Origin: Patescibacteria group bacterium
Lineage (GTDB): Bacteria; Patescibacteriota; Patescibacteriia; Patescibacteriales; UBA12465
Direction of reading: 5' to 3'
Length of the DNA: 64,000 nucleotides
Assembly: GCA_041650715.1 (NCBI GenBank)
Contig: JBAZKQ010000001.1
Location: forward strand, 587,146 to 651,145
Within the stretch, counting starts at the first letter, position 1; each line of letters begins with the position of its first letter. A program made the translations under genes and the position numbers. The notes under the pieces were generated by a model. It had not been told where the DNA came from. It made no database searches and saw only the letters and a list, made by a program, of their open reading frames with translations. Below, piece by piece: positions 28,876 through 38,337 of this stretch.

Positions 28876-31026
28876 TTATTGAATCAATTTCAAAAAATCT
28901 TCTTCGTTTAATATTTTAACCCCTAACTTTTTCGCTTTATCATATTTCGAGCCCGGTTTTTCACCAACCACGACATAGCTCGTCTCGCGGCTCACATTTT
29001 CATTGACTTTGCCGCCCAATGCTTTAATTCTATCTTTCGCTTCGTCGCGTGTCAAACCGGCCATGGTACCGGTTAAAACAAAGCTGGAACCGGATAATTT
29101 GGCGTTTAGCTGAGAGTTGGCGCTTAGTTTGGCGAGACTTAAAGAAACCCCGCTGGCAGCAAATTTATTCAATAATTCTAAACTATGTTCATTACTCCAA
29201 AAGTTATGAATACTACTCGCGACAATCGGACCGACATCCTCTAAATTTTCCAAATCGGCCAAATCTAATTTTTGAAAAGCCTTAATTAACTCGGTAATCG
29301 AAATAATTTCAGTTTTCCCCTGCCCCGGAAGCAAGGATTTTAATTTTGCGGCGAGTAGCTGCGCTGTTTCCTCCCCGACATGCCTAATTCCTAAACCATA
29401 AATAAATTTGGCGAGATCAAGCGTTTGGCGCGCCCCAATCATCGCGATTACATTATCGGCCTTCTTTTCGGCAAATCTATCTAAGCTTAATAAATCGGAT
29501 TTTTTAATACTATACAAGTCGGCCGCATCCTTAATTAAGCCTTCAGTTAAAAATTGCTCGATTAATTTCGGGCCCAAGCCCTCGAGGTCAGCGGCCCCTT
29601 TAGAAACGAAATGGATTATCTGGCGTAAATTTACGGCGTAGCATTTTTTGTTTTTACAACGATAGGCAACTTCATCACCCGTACGCTCAACTTTCCCGCC
29701 GCACATCGGACAAACTGCGGGCGGACTAATTTTCTTTTCCTTGCCCGTCCGTAAATTTTTCAAAACTGAAATTACTTTCGGAATCACATCGCCGGAACGC
29801 TCGATAATAACGGTATCGCCTAAACGTAGATCCAAGCGCTTAATTTCATCAAAATTATGCAGCGTGGAACGACCGATAGTCGCTCCCCCGACTTTAACCG
29901 GTTCAAGCACGGCGGTCGGCGTTAAGGCTCCGGTGCGCCCTACTTGCCAGACAATATCGTTTACTTTAGTCGTCGCTTGTTCCGCGGAAAATTTATAAGC
30001 CTGCATATAGCGCGGCGCCTTGCCGACGATGCCGAGCGTATTCCACATTTTTAAATCATTAATTTTAACGACCGTGCCGTCAATATCAAAAGGCAGCGCG
30101 GCTCGTTTTTTCTCGACGTCCCGATAGAAAGAAAAAACTTCATCTAAATTTCGACAAATCCGATTTTGAGCTAAAGTTTTAAGGCCAAGTAAGCGCGCGA
30201 GCGCATCGGCTTGATCACGGCGGCTAATAATTTCCCCACGTTCATAGGGGCGCCCGCCCGCCGTATCAAATAATAATAAATCATAGGCATAAAAGTCCAA
30301 CTTTCTTTCCGCGGTTATTTTGGCATTTAATTGCCGAATAGAGCCGGCCACGCCGTTGCGGGCGTTCGCGAGTTCCGCCTTCCCTTCACGCACGTATTTT
30401 TTATTTAAGTCCGCCAAAACCTTTTTACTCATAATGGCTTCCCCGCGCAACTCGATCGTACCAGCAATTACTAAATTTAATATCTGCTTAGTTGCAGTAC
30501 CTGGTAAACCAAGTGCACTCAATTCTTTTTCGCTTGGCACTCTAAGCTTAAGCGGAATACTGTTTATCGTTCGAATATTGCCGGTCACGTCTTCCCCGAC
30601 TTTGCCGTCACCGCGCGTCGCCCCGGCAACGAGCATTCCCTTTTCATAACGTAAATTAATCGCCAGGCCGTCGAGCTTTAATTCGCAATAGTAATCCGCT
30701 CGCAAGCTTCGCTTCAAATAATTATTATTTCTCTCTTCCCAAGCCGACATATCATCTTCAGTAAAAGCATCGAATAAAGAAATCATGGGTTGCGAGTGGA
30801 CCGCTTTTTTAAATTTAGATAAAGCCAGACCCGCTACGCGCTGCGTCGGCGAATCAGACGTAATCAAATCCGGAAACTCATTCTCAATCCGATAAAGCTC
30901 CATCTTTAAACTATCGAGCGCCGCCGGAGAAATACTTTCTTTGTCGAGGACGCTAAAATTATAGCGGTGAATATCTATTTCCGCCTTCAATTTATCCAAA
31001 CGAATTTTTGCCTCCGCTTTAGTCAT
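28876..31026 (-). CDS. ligA: NAD-dependent DNA ligase
   Basis: KxDG adenylation motif CELKLDGLA, Cys4 zinc finger CPMCGGKV...CKNKKC, HhH region and C-terminal BRCT. Confidence 0.9.
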   Translation of the reverse strand: MTKAEAKIRLDKLKAEIDIHRYNFSVLDKESISPAALDSLKMELYRIENEFPDLITSDSPTQRVAGLALSKFKKAVHSQPMISLFDAFTEDDMSAWEERNNNYLKRSLRADYYCELKLDGLAINLRYEKGMLVAGATRGDGKVGEDVTGNIRTINSIPLKLRVPSEKELSALGLPGTATKQILNLVIAGTIELRGEAIMSKKVLADLNKKYVREGKAELANARNGVAGSIRQLNAKITAERKLDFYAYDLLLFDTAGGRPYERGEIISRRDQADALARLLGLKTLAQNRICRNLDEVFSFYRDVEKKRAALPFDIDGTVVKINDLKMWNTLGIVGKAPRYMQAYKFSAEQATTKVNDIVWQVGRTGALTPTAVLEPVKVGGATIGRSTLHNFDEIKRLDLRLGDTVIIERSGDVIPKVISVLKNLRTGKEKKISPPAVCPMCGGKVERTGDEVAYRCKNKKCYAVNLRQIIHFVSKGAADLEGLGPKLIEQFLTEGLIKDAADLYSIKKSDLLSLDRFAEKKADNVIAMIGARQTLDLAKFIYGLGIRHVGEETAQLLAAKLKSLLPGQGKTEIISITELIKAFQKLDLADLENLEDVGPIVASSIHNFWSNEHSLELLNKFAASGVSLSLAKLSANSQLNAKLSGSSFVLTGTMAGLTRDEAKDRIKALGGKVNENVSRETSYVVVGEKPGSKYDKAKKLGVKILNEEDFLKLIQ

Positions 31027-31135
31027 ACTTATCGCCCTTAGCGTTAATTATTTAAGAGAATACTTCTCTATTATAACATAAAAGCCCCGCTCCGTCAGGC
31101 GACAGAGGCAAGGCTTTTAAACTCAGAAAAAATGC

Positions 31136-31417
31136 TTATTTAGTGGTGTCGGCCGGAGCAGTTGTGTCCGTGGCCGCTTTATTAGCACCAGTCGCTTGGT
31201 TGATGAAGGTAACAACATCATTAACCGTCTTCGTGTTTTGGGCGCTCGCAGTTTGCAATTGAACTAAAGCATTACCAGCGTTATTTAGACGAGCATTAAA
31301 TTGCCAAAAAAGCATAATTAATCCACCCGCGATAACACCGACAATTAGAGGAAATAAAAATTCTCTTCTCATAATGTTTTTATTATTATTTATTTTATTA
31401 TTTAGTAGGCGTGGCAT
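31136..31417 (-). CDS. small single-TM protein, unknown
   Basis: 93 aa, one TM helix. Overlaps the next small ORF. Confidence 0.3.
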   Translation of the reverse strand: MPRLLNNKINNNKNIMRREFLFPLIVGVIAGGLIMLFWQFNARLNNAGNALVQLQTASAQNTKTVNDVVTFINQATGANKAATDTTAPADTTK

Positions 31418-31601
31418 TGGCGGCAGAGTTAAAAAAATTAACGATGGCAGTTAGTTTCGTCGAGTCATCGACAATACTGGTTTGAACAGCCGTGATTTTC
31501 GCGTCCATGCGATTTAATGAAATGTAAAAGTAAACGAACAAAGCCGCTACCAACAAAACAATGATGCTTGTGATCAGCGGACCGACGAATGATTTTTTCA
31601 T
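31398..31601 (-). CDS. small single-TM protein, unknown
   Basis: 67 aa, one TM helix. Confidence 0.3.
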   Translation of the reverse strand: MKKSFVGPLITSIIVLLVAALFVYFYISLNRMDAKITAVQTSIVDDSTKLTAIVNFFNSAANATPTK

Positions 31602-31708
31602 ATTTTATAAAATTTACGTTTAATATTATTAATTATAACAAATATCAAAATCGGGGTCAATGATTTTTTCCAGAAATTTAAATCGAACCAGTACATTGCC
31701 TCTCTATA

Positions 31709-31737
31709 TTGACATTTATTAAAAAAAGTGCTATAAT
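31709..31737 (+). promoter_or_regulatory. near-consensus sigma70 promoter (TTGACA-17nt-TATAAT)
   Basis: ttgaca at 31709-31714 and tataat at 31732-31737, ~78 nt upstream of the GTG start at 31816. Confidence 0.55.
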
Positions 31738-31815
31738 GATATCATCGTTAATTTAGCCTAAATTGGCTATCAAAAAGACCTTTAAAAATTAGAAACAAAA
31801 AAAACAAACATAACC

Positions 31816-33075
31816 GTGAAAACTTTAATTTTATTACTTCTGTTGGCAGTAGCTCTTGCTTCATGCCAGTCCTGCGACAAGGACAAAACTCTTCCCGGCG
31901 TTGTAACCTCTCCAGTTTCTTCTATAACTAATAACTCAGTTATTAGTGGTGGAAGAGTGACGGATGACGGTAACGCTAAAATTATTGCTTGCGGTCTTGT
32001 TTATGGCTCAAGCTCAAATATAACAATTAACGGTCCTAAGACATCTGAAATAGTAGCAATTACTTTCAGCAGCCAAATCACAAGTTTGGAAGCCGGTAAA
32101 ACCTACTGCGTCAGGGCCTATGCTACCAACGAAGTTGGTACAAGTTACGGAGAAGCTATCTCTTTTCAGACCAGCGGTGCTACTACTAACGCCAGCACCC
32201 TCGACGCAACTAACATCGAGTTTGGCAACGCTACCCTCAACGGCAGCGTAACAACTGATAACGGTCAGACTGAAATCTCATTTATCTACGGAGAAAATGA
32301 GAATAATCTTGACCGAATCATCAGCGTGAACCCGACTAAAGGCGTAATTACTTACAGCGCAAGCGCCGTTATTTCCGGCCTGAATAAGAGTACCGTATAC
32401 TATTTCGCCATCAAGGCGGTTAATAATTACGGAACAAGTATCGGCGGAACCAAAAGTTTTAAGACTTTTGAAGGAAGCGCCAGCGATATTGACGGGAATG
32501 TTTATAAGACCGTTAAAATTGGCAACCAAGTCTGGATGACGGAGAACCTTAGAGTCAATCATTACAACGACGGTACTGAAATACCAAATGTTACCGACGG
32601 TAATACCTGGGCTACACTCACGAGTGGAGCTTGGTGCGACTACAAGAATGATCCGGCTAACGGAAAAGTATACGGCCACCTATACAACTGGTTTACCGTC
32701 GATACTAAAAAATTAGCTCCTCAAGGATATCACGTACCAAGTTATGAAGAGTTAGTCGCCTTAGCTGACTTTGTTATACAGCCCACTGGCGGCGGAAAAC
32801 TCCGGGAAATTGGAACAGCTCATTGGCCAAGTCCAAATGCGGACGCAACCAATGAAACTGGATTTACCGCTTTGCCGAATGGACAAAGGAGTAGCGATGA
32901 GCATAACGGTGGTATTGGTAATTTTAGCTACTTAAACGAGCTCGCAACCTTTTGGTCAGCAACAAAACTCGGAGATCCTCTTATCGGTATGTTAAATAAT
33001 TTCTATCCCGAGGCACTCACGTTTGGGACAATTTTTTCCCAATACGGTAATGGCGTTCGTCTTATAAAAGACTAA
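31816..33075 (+). CDS. lipoprotein with C-terminal Fibrobacter-succinogenes 'major paralogous' domain (DUF1566)
   Basis: Signal peptide plus LASC lipobox. C-terminal ...GHLYNWFTV...GYHVPSYEELVAL...GFTALPNGQRS...FWSAT...GNGVRLIKD matches TIGR02145/DUF1566. Confidence 0.7.
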   Translation: MKTLILLLLLAVALASCQSCDKDKTLPGVVTSPVSSITNNSVISGGRVTDDGNAKIIACGLVYGSSSNITINGPKTSEIVAITFSSQITSLEAGKTYCVRAYATNEVGTSYGEAISFQTSGATTNASTLDATNIEFGNATLNGSVTTDNGQTEISFIYGENENNLDRIISVNPTKGVITYSASAVISGLNKSTVYYFAIKAVNNYGTSIGGTKSFKTFEGSASDIDGNVYKTVKIGNQVWMTENLRVNHYNDGTEIPNVTDGNTWATLTSGAWCDYKNDPANGKVYGHLYNWFTVDTKKLAPQGYHVPSYEELVALADFVIQPTGGGKLREIGTAHWPSPNADATNETGFTALPNGQRSSDEHNGGIGNFSYLNELATFWSATKLGDPLIGMLNNFYPEALTFGTIFSQYGNGVRLIKD

Positions 33076-33095
33076 GCCCTCATGCATTCTTCCCA

Positions 33096-33126
33096 AAGCC
33101 TTCTATACTCTTGAAGGCTTTTTTTA
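33096..33126 (+). terminator. intrinsic terminator
   Basis: aagccttc-N9-gaaggctt plus ttttt. Confidence 0.55.
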
Positions 33127-33137
33127 TATTAATAAGC

Positions 33138-33170
33138 AAAAAAACCTCTTATAAACATAAGAGGTTTTTG
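33138..33170. terminator. bidirectional terminator hairpin
   Basis: aaaaaa-acctcttat-aaac-ataagaggt-ttttt. Confidence 0.5.
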
Positions 33171-33191
33171 TATTTCGGTTATTATTTGATT

Positions 33192-34124
33192 TTAAGGCAT
33201 GTAGGTGCAACCAGTTGCAAGTTCATGTTGATATGAACTTGTGGAACTTAACATATTACATCCCAAATGAACATACGCGTCCGGAATACATACAACCGGA
33301 GAAGCTTCAAGATTCTGACAAGTCGGCGATGAATTTGAAACCTGCGAATGAAGGCAGGTAAAGCCTGTCTGACAACCTAGACCCGCCCCATTCCCCGGGG
33401 GGGTGGCGCAAGCTACGGTGCGAGTGCAGCCACCGGTCGGAATGTAAGTCTGAGAGGAAGCCGCCGACGTCTGGACGCAAGTATAGGTAACCCGGCCACT
33501 CGGGTGGCAGACCATCGAATAATACACATAAGAACCGGAGCAATTATTGGTATTATAAAAGGTACTACCACTATAACAAGTATAACCAGTGTCGCAACCG
33601 CTAACTGTTCCGCAATTACAAGCCTGACTTAAAACCGGGCTACCACCCGTACAAGTCGCCGGCGTAGAACTGACAACAATTCTTGTTTGTGTGCCTAAAT
33701 AACATTCGCTCCAGCCAGAGTAAACAAATGAAGTACAGGTAGTACAGGCTCCGCAATCAGACGGGCAATTTGTACAATTTTCATTATTATCAGCTACATT
33801 GCAAACGCCTCCTCCAAAAATACCTTGAGCGCCGTCGCCGCAACACCAGATATCAACTCCATTTGTACTCGTCGCAAATTTACGAACGCTTAACCACTCT
33901 TGGCTAGTCTTGTTTGGAAGAAATAAATTCTTGCCGGAATGATTATCTATTTTACAATTATCACCATAGCTACTAATAACATCTGACTTTGTTTGACCAC
34001 TCGGGATAGAGTAAGAATCCAACCATGCACCTCCCCAAGAAAAGACAAGCACCGGCAAAACGATAGCGCTTATGACAATAATTAATATACTTATTAAATA
34101 GGATTTTTTAAAAAAGTTTTTCAT
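33192..34124 (-). CDS. Cys-rich secreted protein, unknown
   Basis: Signal-anchor N-terminus. More than 30 Cys in CxxC/CxC patterns across the mature part. Confidence 0.4.
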   Translation of the reverse strand: MKNFFKKSYLISILIIVISAIVLPVLVFSWGGAWLDSYSIPSGQTKSDVISSYGDNCKIDNHSGKNLFLPNKTSQEWLSVRKFATSTNGVDIWCCGDGAQGIFGGGVCNVADNNENCTNCPSDCGACTTCTSFVYSGWSECYLGTQTRIVVSSTPATCTGGSPVLSQACNCGTVSGCDTGYTCYSGSTFYNTNNCSGSYVYYSMVCHPSGRVTYTCVQTSAASSQTYIPTGGCTRTVACATPPGNGAGLGCQTGFTCLHSQVSNSSPTCQNLEASPVVCIPDAYVHLGCNMLSSTSSYQHELATGCTYMP

Positions 34125-34128
34125 GAAA

Positions 34129-34461
34129 TTAGTATTCTTTCAAAATATCACTTTCTTTTTTAATTATTTTATAACTTGTGATATTTCCATCCTTATCTCT
34201 CGCTAAAACCTGGATATTATCCACCGAACTCGTATTAATTGAAAAGTTATCCTTTTCTTTCGGTGTCATGAATTCAAGCTCAATCGGCTTAGGCATATTT
34301 ACAGTCGCTGATGGGACTGTCATTTCAGTAGGATTTTCAATCAGATTCACGTAGCCGGCGGGTGGCGTTTGACGATTACTGAAAAATTTGTAAAAAATAA
34401 AAATAGCAAGCAGCAAAAAAAGCGCTATAATTACTAAAACCATTAAGCGCCCTTTTTTCAT
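34129..34461 (-). CDS. small single-TM protein
   Basis: 110 aa with an N-terminal TM helix. Confidence 0.3.
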   Translation of the reverse strand: MKKGRLMVLVIIALFLLLAIFIFYKFFSNRQTPPAGYVNLIENPTEMTVPSATVNMPKPIELEFMTPKEKDNFSINTSSVDNIQVLARDKDGNITSYKIIKKESDILKEY

Positions 34462-34462
34462 G

Positions 34463-37400
34463 TTATTTAAGCTTATTTTTTAGTTCCAGTTTTTTGATTC
34501 TAGCTTCGAGAGTATCTATTTCCTTCTGCTGGGCTTTTACCGCTTCAATCAGAGGTGCAACTAAGTTACCATACTGAACGCCCTTTGCGCCTTCAGTCCC
34601 ACTAACTAATTCGGGATAAACTTTCTCTACTTCCTGAGCGACTAAACCGAGACTTGCAGCGCCGTCCGCCTTCCAATTAAAGGAAACCCCGCGCAGTTTC
34701 ATGATTTTATCCAAGGAATTATCCAAGGTTTTAATATTTTTCTTTAAATTACGATCGGAAGAATAAGTATAAGAAGTGGCCAGTACATTGCCGACGACCT
34801 CTAATTTACTGACCGGCGTCGTTGTGCCGATACCGACGTTAGCGCCCTTGACGTTTAATTGTCGATTGCCATAAAAATAAGTTCCGGTTGTTAAATTAAG
34901 CGCGGATATAACCTCGTCGGCGATCATGCTATACACGCCCATTTCCCCCTGATTATAGCCGTCCTGCATAATAATATCATTAGAGGTAAAGCCATAGGGG
35001 GCCGAAACGGCAGTACTTGCATATACGCTGCCAATGACCTGCAAGGCAGCCCCTGGATTCGTCGTCCCAATCCCAACTTTACCCAGCGATGTAATTGTCA
35101 CTTTGTCCGTTCCGCCGGTCTGTATTTTTAAAGTATCATTCACTCCATCCGCATTAATAATTGAGTAGCCGCCGGTATTGGAAAGCAAACTTAAAGTAGC
35201 GCTACCCGAGGTAGTCGGAGCAATATATAAAACGGCACCGCCCGCTTTATTAAGCGTTACGTCATTGCTAAGCAAAGTAGTACCGGCGACATTCAAGTTA
35301 TAGCTTCCCGTGGCAGTTGTGCCGATACCGACGTTGGAGCCAAAATAAGCTTTACCATCTAAACCGATAGCCGCGCCGATAGCACCGTTATTTGTAAAGA
35401 CGATTTGATGAGTATTAAGAAAGGGCGCACCGCCATTGGTGCTATAAGCATAGCCCATACCATATTGCGCACCAAAATTATCATTAGCTGTGCTCATCGG
35501 ATATGCTTCGGATATTGACCAAATGCCCTGAACCTCAGCCGCATTATAAGTTCCATAGCTGCCTAATCTTGATGTTTTGACGGCACCCAAAACGTCAAGC
35601 GCCACGGCTGGGTTTGTCGTACCTATCCCGACTTTACCATTCACGATCAAATTAGAAATATTACCATCAATAAAAGATCCGATTTCTACGGCCGGCCAAC
35701 CAGCGTCAACATTAATTTTTAAACTTGTATCTCCTCCTCCAGGACTCAAGGCGCCATAATTATCACCGGAAACATAGGTAGTCAAATTTAAAGAATGAAA
35801 GCTCGCAGAGCTGCCGCCAGTCACTGCCGCGGAAAAATTTGCCATCCCAGCAACATTTAATTTATAGGTGCCAGGGAGTGTTGTGCCAATACCTACGCCA
35901 GTGCCATTATCAAAAATAGAACTAATGGTTAAACCCGTAGAGCTTGCCCATTTTGTAACATAATTAGTTGTGCCAGTACCGGTAACTGTGCCGCTGCCAC
36001 CAGCCGGAAGAATAAGACAGCCTTCAGCATTTCCGGAAGCGTCAATACCCGCAGGATAATAGCCTGCCCCGCAATTAGTACCGTTAGCAGCCAAGGCGGT
36101 GGCTGTGCCTGACCGCAAACTGGCCGCCGTACCGGTTAACCCGGTACCGGCTCCGCTAAAAGATGAACCGGTTATCGTACTGGAGACATTTAAAGTTCCT
36201 AAAATATAACTATTGCCGTTTACATATAATCTATAGGCGCCCGGAGTTGTAGTGCCGATACCGACATTACCGGCGCCGGCGTCACCGTTATAAATAACGC
36301 CGTTTTTAGTCCCTTCCCAGAGATTACTGGCCGCAATTAAGGTCTTAACGTACCCTGTATTAGTCAGGGCGTAATCATCGGTGCCTAAATATGTACTTGT
36401 ATAATTATGACCTGTCGCGCTTGAACCGACCGGAGCATAGGCACCAACATTAGCGATTGAAAAACTATCATTCGGAGCACCGGTGCCACCGATACCGACA
36501 TTGCCGGCAGTCGGTTGCAAGAGGACATAACTCGTAGTTCTGGTGGCATTACTTGTTCCCTGCAAAGTTAGGTTTCCGCTCGCCACATCAGAACCATTTA
36601 TAGTCGCATTATCAGAAGTAAAAGTTAAAGAAGTCGGTCCGCCCCAATTAAAGGCGGCGCCGGTAGTAAGCGTAGTGAGTGATGAAGCGGTCAAAGATGT
36701 TTGCCCAGTTAAAGTCAGGGCGGTCGCCGTAAATAAAGCGCGCTGAACTCCGCCTAAAGTTAAGCCAATTTGACTTGCGGCCGGATGATACATGCCGGTT
36801 GTCAGGTCTCCGGTCCAAGCGAAGGAAGGTGTAGAAATAAGGTCAGCCGCTTGGCCTAAAAATTGAGTATCAGAACTAACTGAACTGGTAAATTTAGCAG
36901 GGCCGGAAACATTTAGGCGATATGCACCGGGAACGGATGTCCCAACACCGACATTGCCGGTAGAATCAACATAAACACCCTCATTACCACCGTCTCCCGA
37001 TAACCAATGAGTACTTAATTGAATATTTTGGGTTGCAATATGAGAACCTAAATCATCACCTCCGGTAGATGTTCCGCAGTCAACTCCTTTTGCCGAGACG
37101 ATACCGGTCGCATCAACATATAAACAGCGATTACCGGTACCGGCGAGCGTTGAATTGGTTATTTGGCCGTTAAAATAACTTGTACCGACGACCGCTAATT
37201 TCGCTAAGGGCGAAGTGGTGCCAATGCCGACATTGCCCGCGCCGGCGTCGCCATTATAAATAATACCATTATTGATGCCACTCCAGAGAAGCGAAGTGCA
37301 AGTTTCCGCATTGCCGGAAGCATCAATCCCGAGGGGGTAATTACCCGTCGTACAATTGTTCCCATTACCGGCAAGGGTGCTGGCCGAACCGGCCGTCGAT

Positions 37401-37669
37401 GCCGAAGAGGCAGTCAAGGCATAGCTCGAAGTTGAGGCATTTCCGGTATAGGTAGTAGCGTTGATTGAACCGCCCACACCGGCCGTCCAAGTTACTTTAT
37501 CGGCATTCGCGGCAAAATTTATTTTATACCCGCTGCCGATTCCTAAGCCGGTAACAAAGTTTGGCGTAGCCGCAAGAGCGTTTTGCGAAAAAGCAAAAAC
37601 AACCAGTAGGAATAAAATCGAAGCTGGAATAAGCAGGAATTTTTTATTATTCATATTATTATTCCTCAT
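34463..37669 (-). CDS. giant secreted tail-fibre-like protein with C-terminal intramolecular chaperone (peptidase S74) domain
   Basis: Signal peptide. Repeated NVGIGTTxPxxKLxVxG motifs and the ~90-aa module shared with the genes at 46052-64000. C-terminal SDRNLKKNIKTLDNSLDKIMKLRGVSFNWK...GLVAQEVEKVYPELV matches the self-cleaving chaperone domain of endosialidase/tail-fibre proteins. Confidence 0.7.
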   Translation of the reverse strand: MRNNNMNNKKFLLIPASILFLLVVFAFSQNALAATPNFVTGLGIGSGYKINFAANADKVTWTAGVGGSINATTYTGNASTSSYALTASSASTAGSASTLAGNGNNCTTGNYPLGIDASGNAETCTSLLWSGINNGIIYNGDAGAGNVGIGTTSPLAKLAVVGTSYFNGQITNSTLAGTGNRCLYVDATGIVSAKGVDCGTSTGGDDLGSHIATQNIQLSTHWLSGDGGNEGVYVDSTGNVGVGTSVPGAYRLNVSGPAKFTSSVSSDTQFLGQAADLISTPSFAWTGDLTTGMYHPAASQIGLTLGGVQRALFTATALTLTGQTSLTASSLTTLTTGAAFNWGGPTSLTFTSDNATINGSDVASGNLTLQGTSNATRTTSYVLLQPTAGNVGIGGTGAPNDSFSIANVGAYAPVGSSATGHNYTSTYLGTDDYALTNTGYVKTLIAASNLWEGTKNGVIYNGDAGAGNVGIGTTTPGAYRLYVNGNSYILGTLNVSSTITGSSFSGAGTGLTGTAASLRSGTATALAANGTNCGAGYYPAGIDASGNAEGCLILPAGGSGTVTGTGTTNYVTKWASSTGLTISSIFDNGTGVGIGTTLPGTYKLNVAGMANFSAAVTGGSSASFHSLNLTTYVSGDNYGALSPGGGDTSLKINVDAGWPAVEIGSFIDGNISNLIVNGKVGIGTTNPAVALDVLGAVKTSRLGSYGTYNAAEVQGIWSISEAYPMSTANDNFGAQYGMGYAYSTNGGAPFLNTHQIVFTNNGAIGAAIGLDGKAYFGSNVGIGTTATGSYNLNVAGTTLLSNDVTLNKAGGAVLYIAPTTSGSATLSLLSNTGGYSIINADGVNDTLKIQTGGTDKVTITSLGKVGIGTTNPGAALQVIGSVYASTAVSAPYGFTSNDIIMQDGYNQGEMGVYSMIADEVISALNLTTGTYFYGNRQLNVKGANVGIGTTTPVSKLEVVGNVLATSYTYSSDRNLKKNIKTLDNSLDKIMKLRGVSFNWKADGAASLGLVAQEVEKVYPELVSGTEGAKGVQYGNLVAPLIEAVKAQQKEIDTLEARIKKLELKNKLK

Positions 37670-37707
37670 CGCCCTAAATTCATAAAATAATCAAAGGCGA
37701 AGAAGGA

Positions 37708-38277
37708 CTATTTAACAATCATCGTGCCCGTGTTTCCGCGAAAGCCCGGAATATCATCACGGAAAGAATAGGATCCGGCGGCAGGAGCGGTAAATTCTAT
37801 AAGCTTGGTTTCACCACTTAAAATCATCATTGTCAGGCCCATTAAAGATGCGTTCGGAAAAATAAAAACATGAGTATTATTATCAACCGAACTGACGGCC
37901 AAGGATATCTTCTGACCGGCCGAAACGGTAAATTCTTTTGGGCTAAATCCTTCCGCAGAAACCGAAAGTTTTATGGCGCTCGTCGGAACATTACTCGTTT
38001 CGACAACCACCTGCTGGGGGGCATCGGCAGACCCGGGCAGTTCACCTAAAGTAGCGGGTATAACCGGAACTATCGTGCTGACATCAACTCCTTCAAGAGA
38101 GGCCGTCTTTGTTTCCGCTACCGGAGAAGTAGTAGCTTTACTCTCGCCGGCCGTATTTGATTGCGTTACGACGCCGGACGGTTTAAGCCAGTTTTTATTA
38201 CTTAAAAAAGCGAATAAAATTACTACTAAAATAATCACTAAAACAGCGATTAAAATAGTTAATTTTTTATTATTCAT
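37708..38277 (-). CDS. membrane-anchored cupredoxin-like protein (Cu ligands lost)
   Basis: Paralog of the 39878-40549 protein. The C-terminal motif is YSFRDDIPGFRGNTGTMIV, versus YTFRCDIPGHAARGEVGTMIV in the paralog. Confidence 0.45.
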   Translation of the reverse strand: MNNKKLTILIAVLVIILVVILFAFLSNKNWLKPSGVVTQSNTAGESKATTSPVAETKTASLEGVDVSTIVPVIPATLGELPGSADAPQQVVVETSNVPTSAIKLSVSAEGFSPKEFTVSAGQKISLAVSSVDNNTHVFIFPNASLMGLTMMILSGETKLIEFTAPAAGSYSFRDDIPGFRGNTGTMIVK

Positions 38278-38337
38278 AAGCTTAATATTCCCGCAAAAAA
38301 GAAGAAAAAGGAATAAATATTGATTATTAAAATTATA

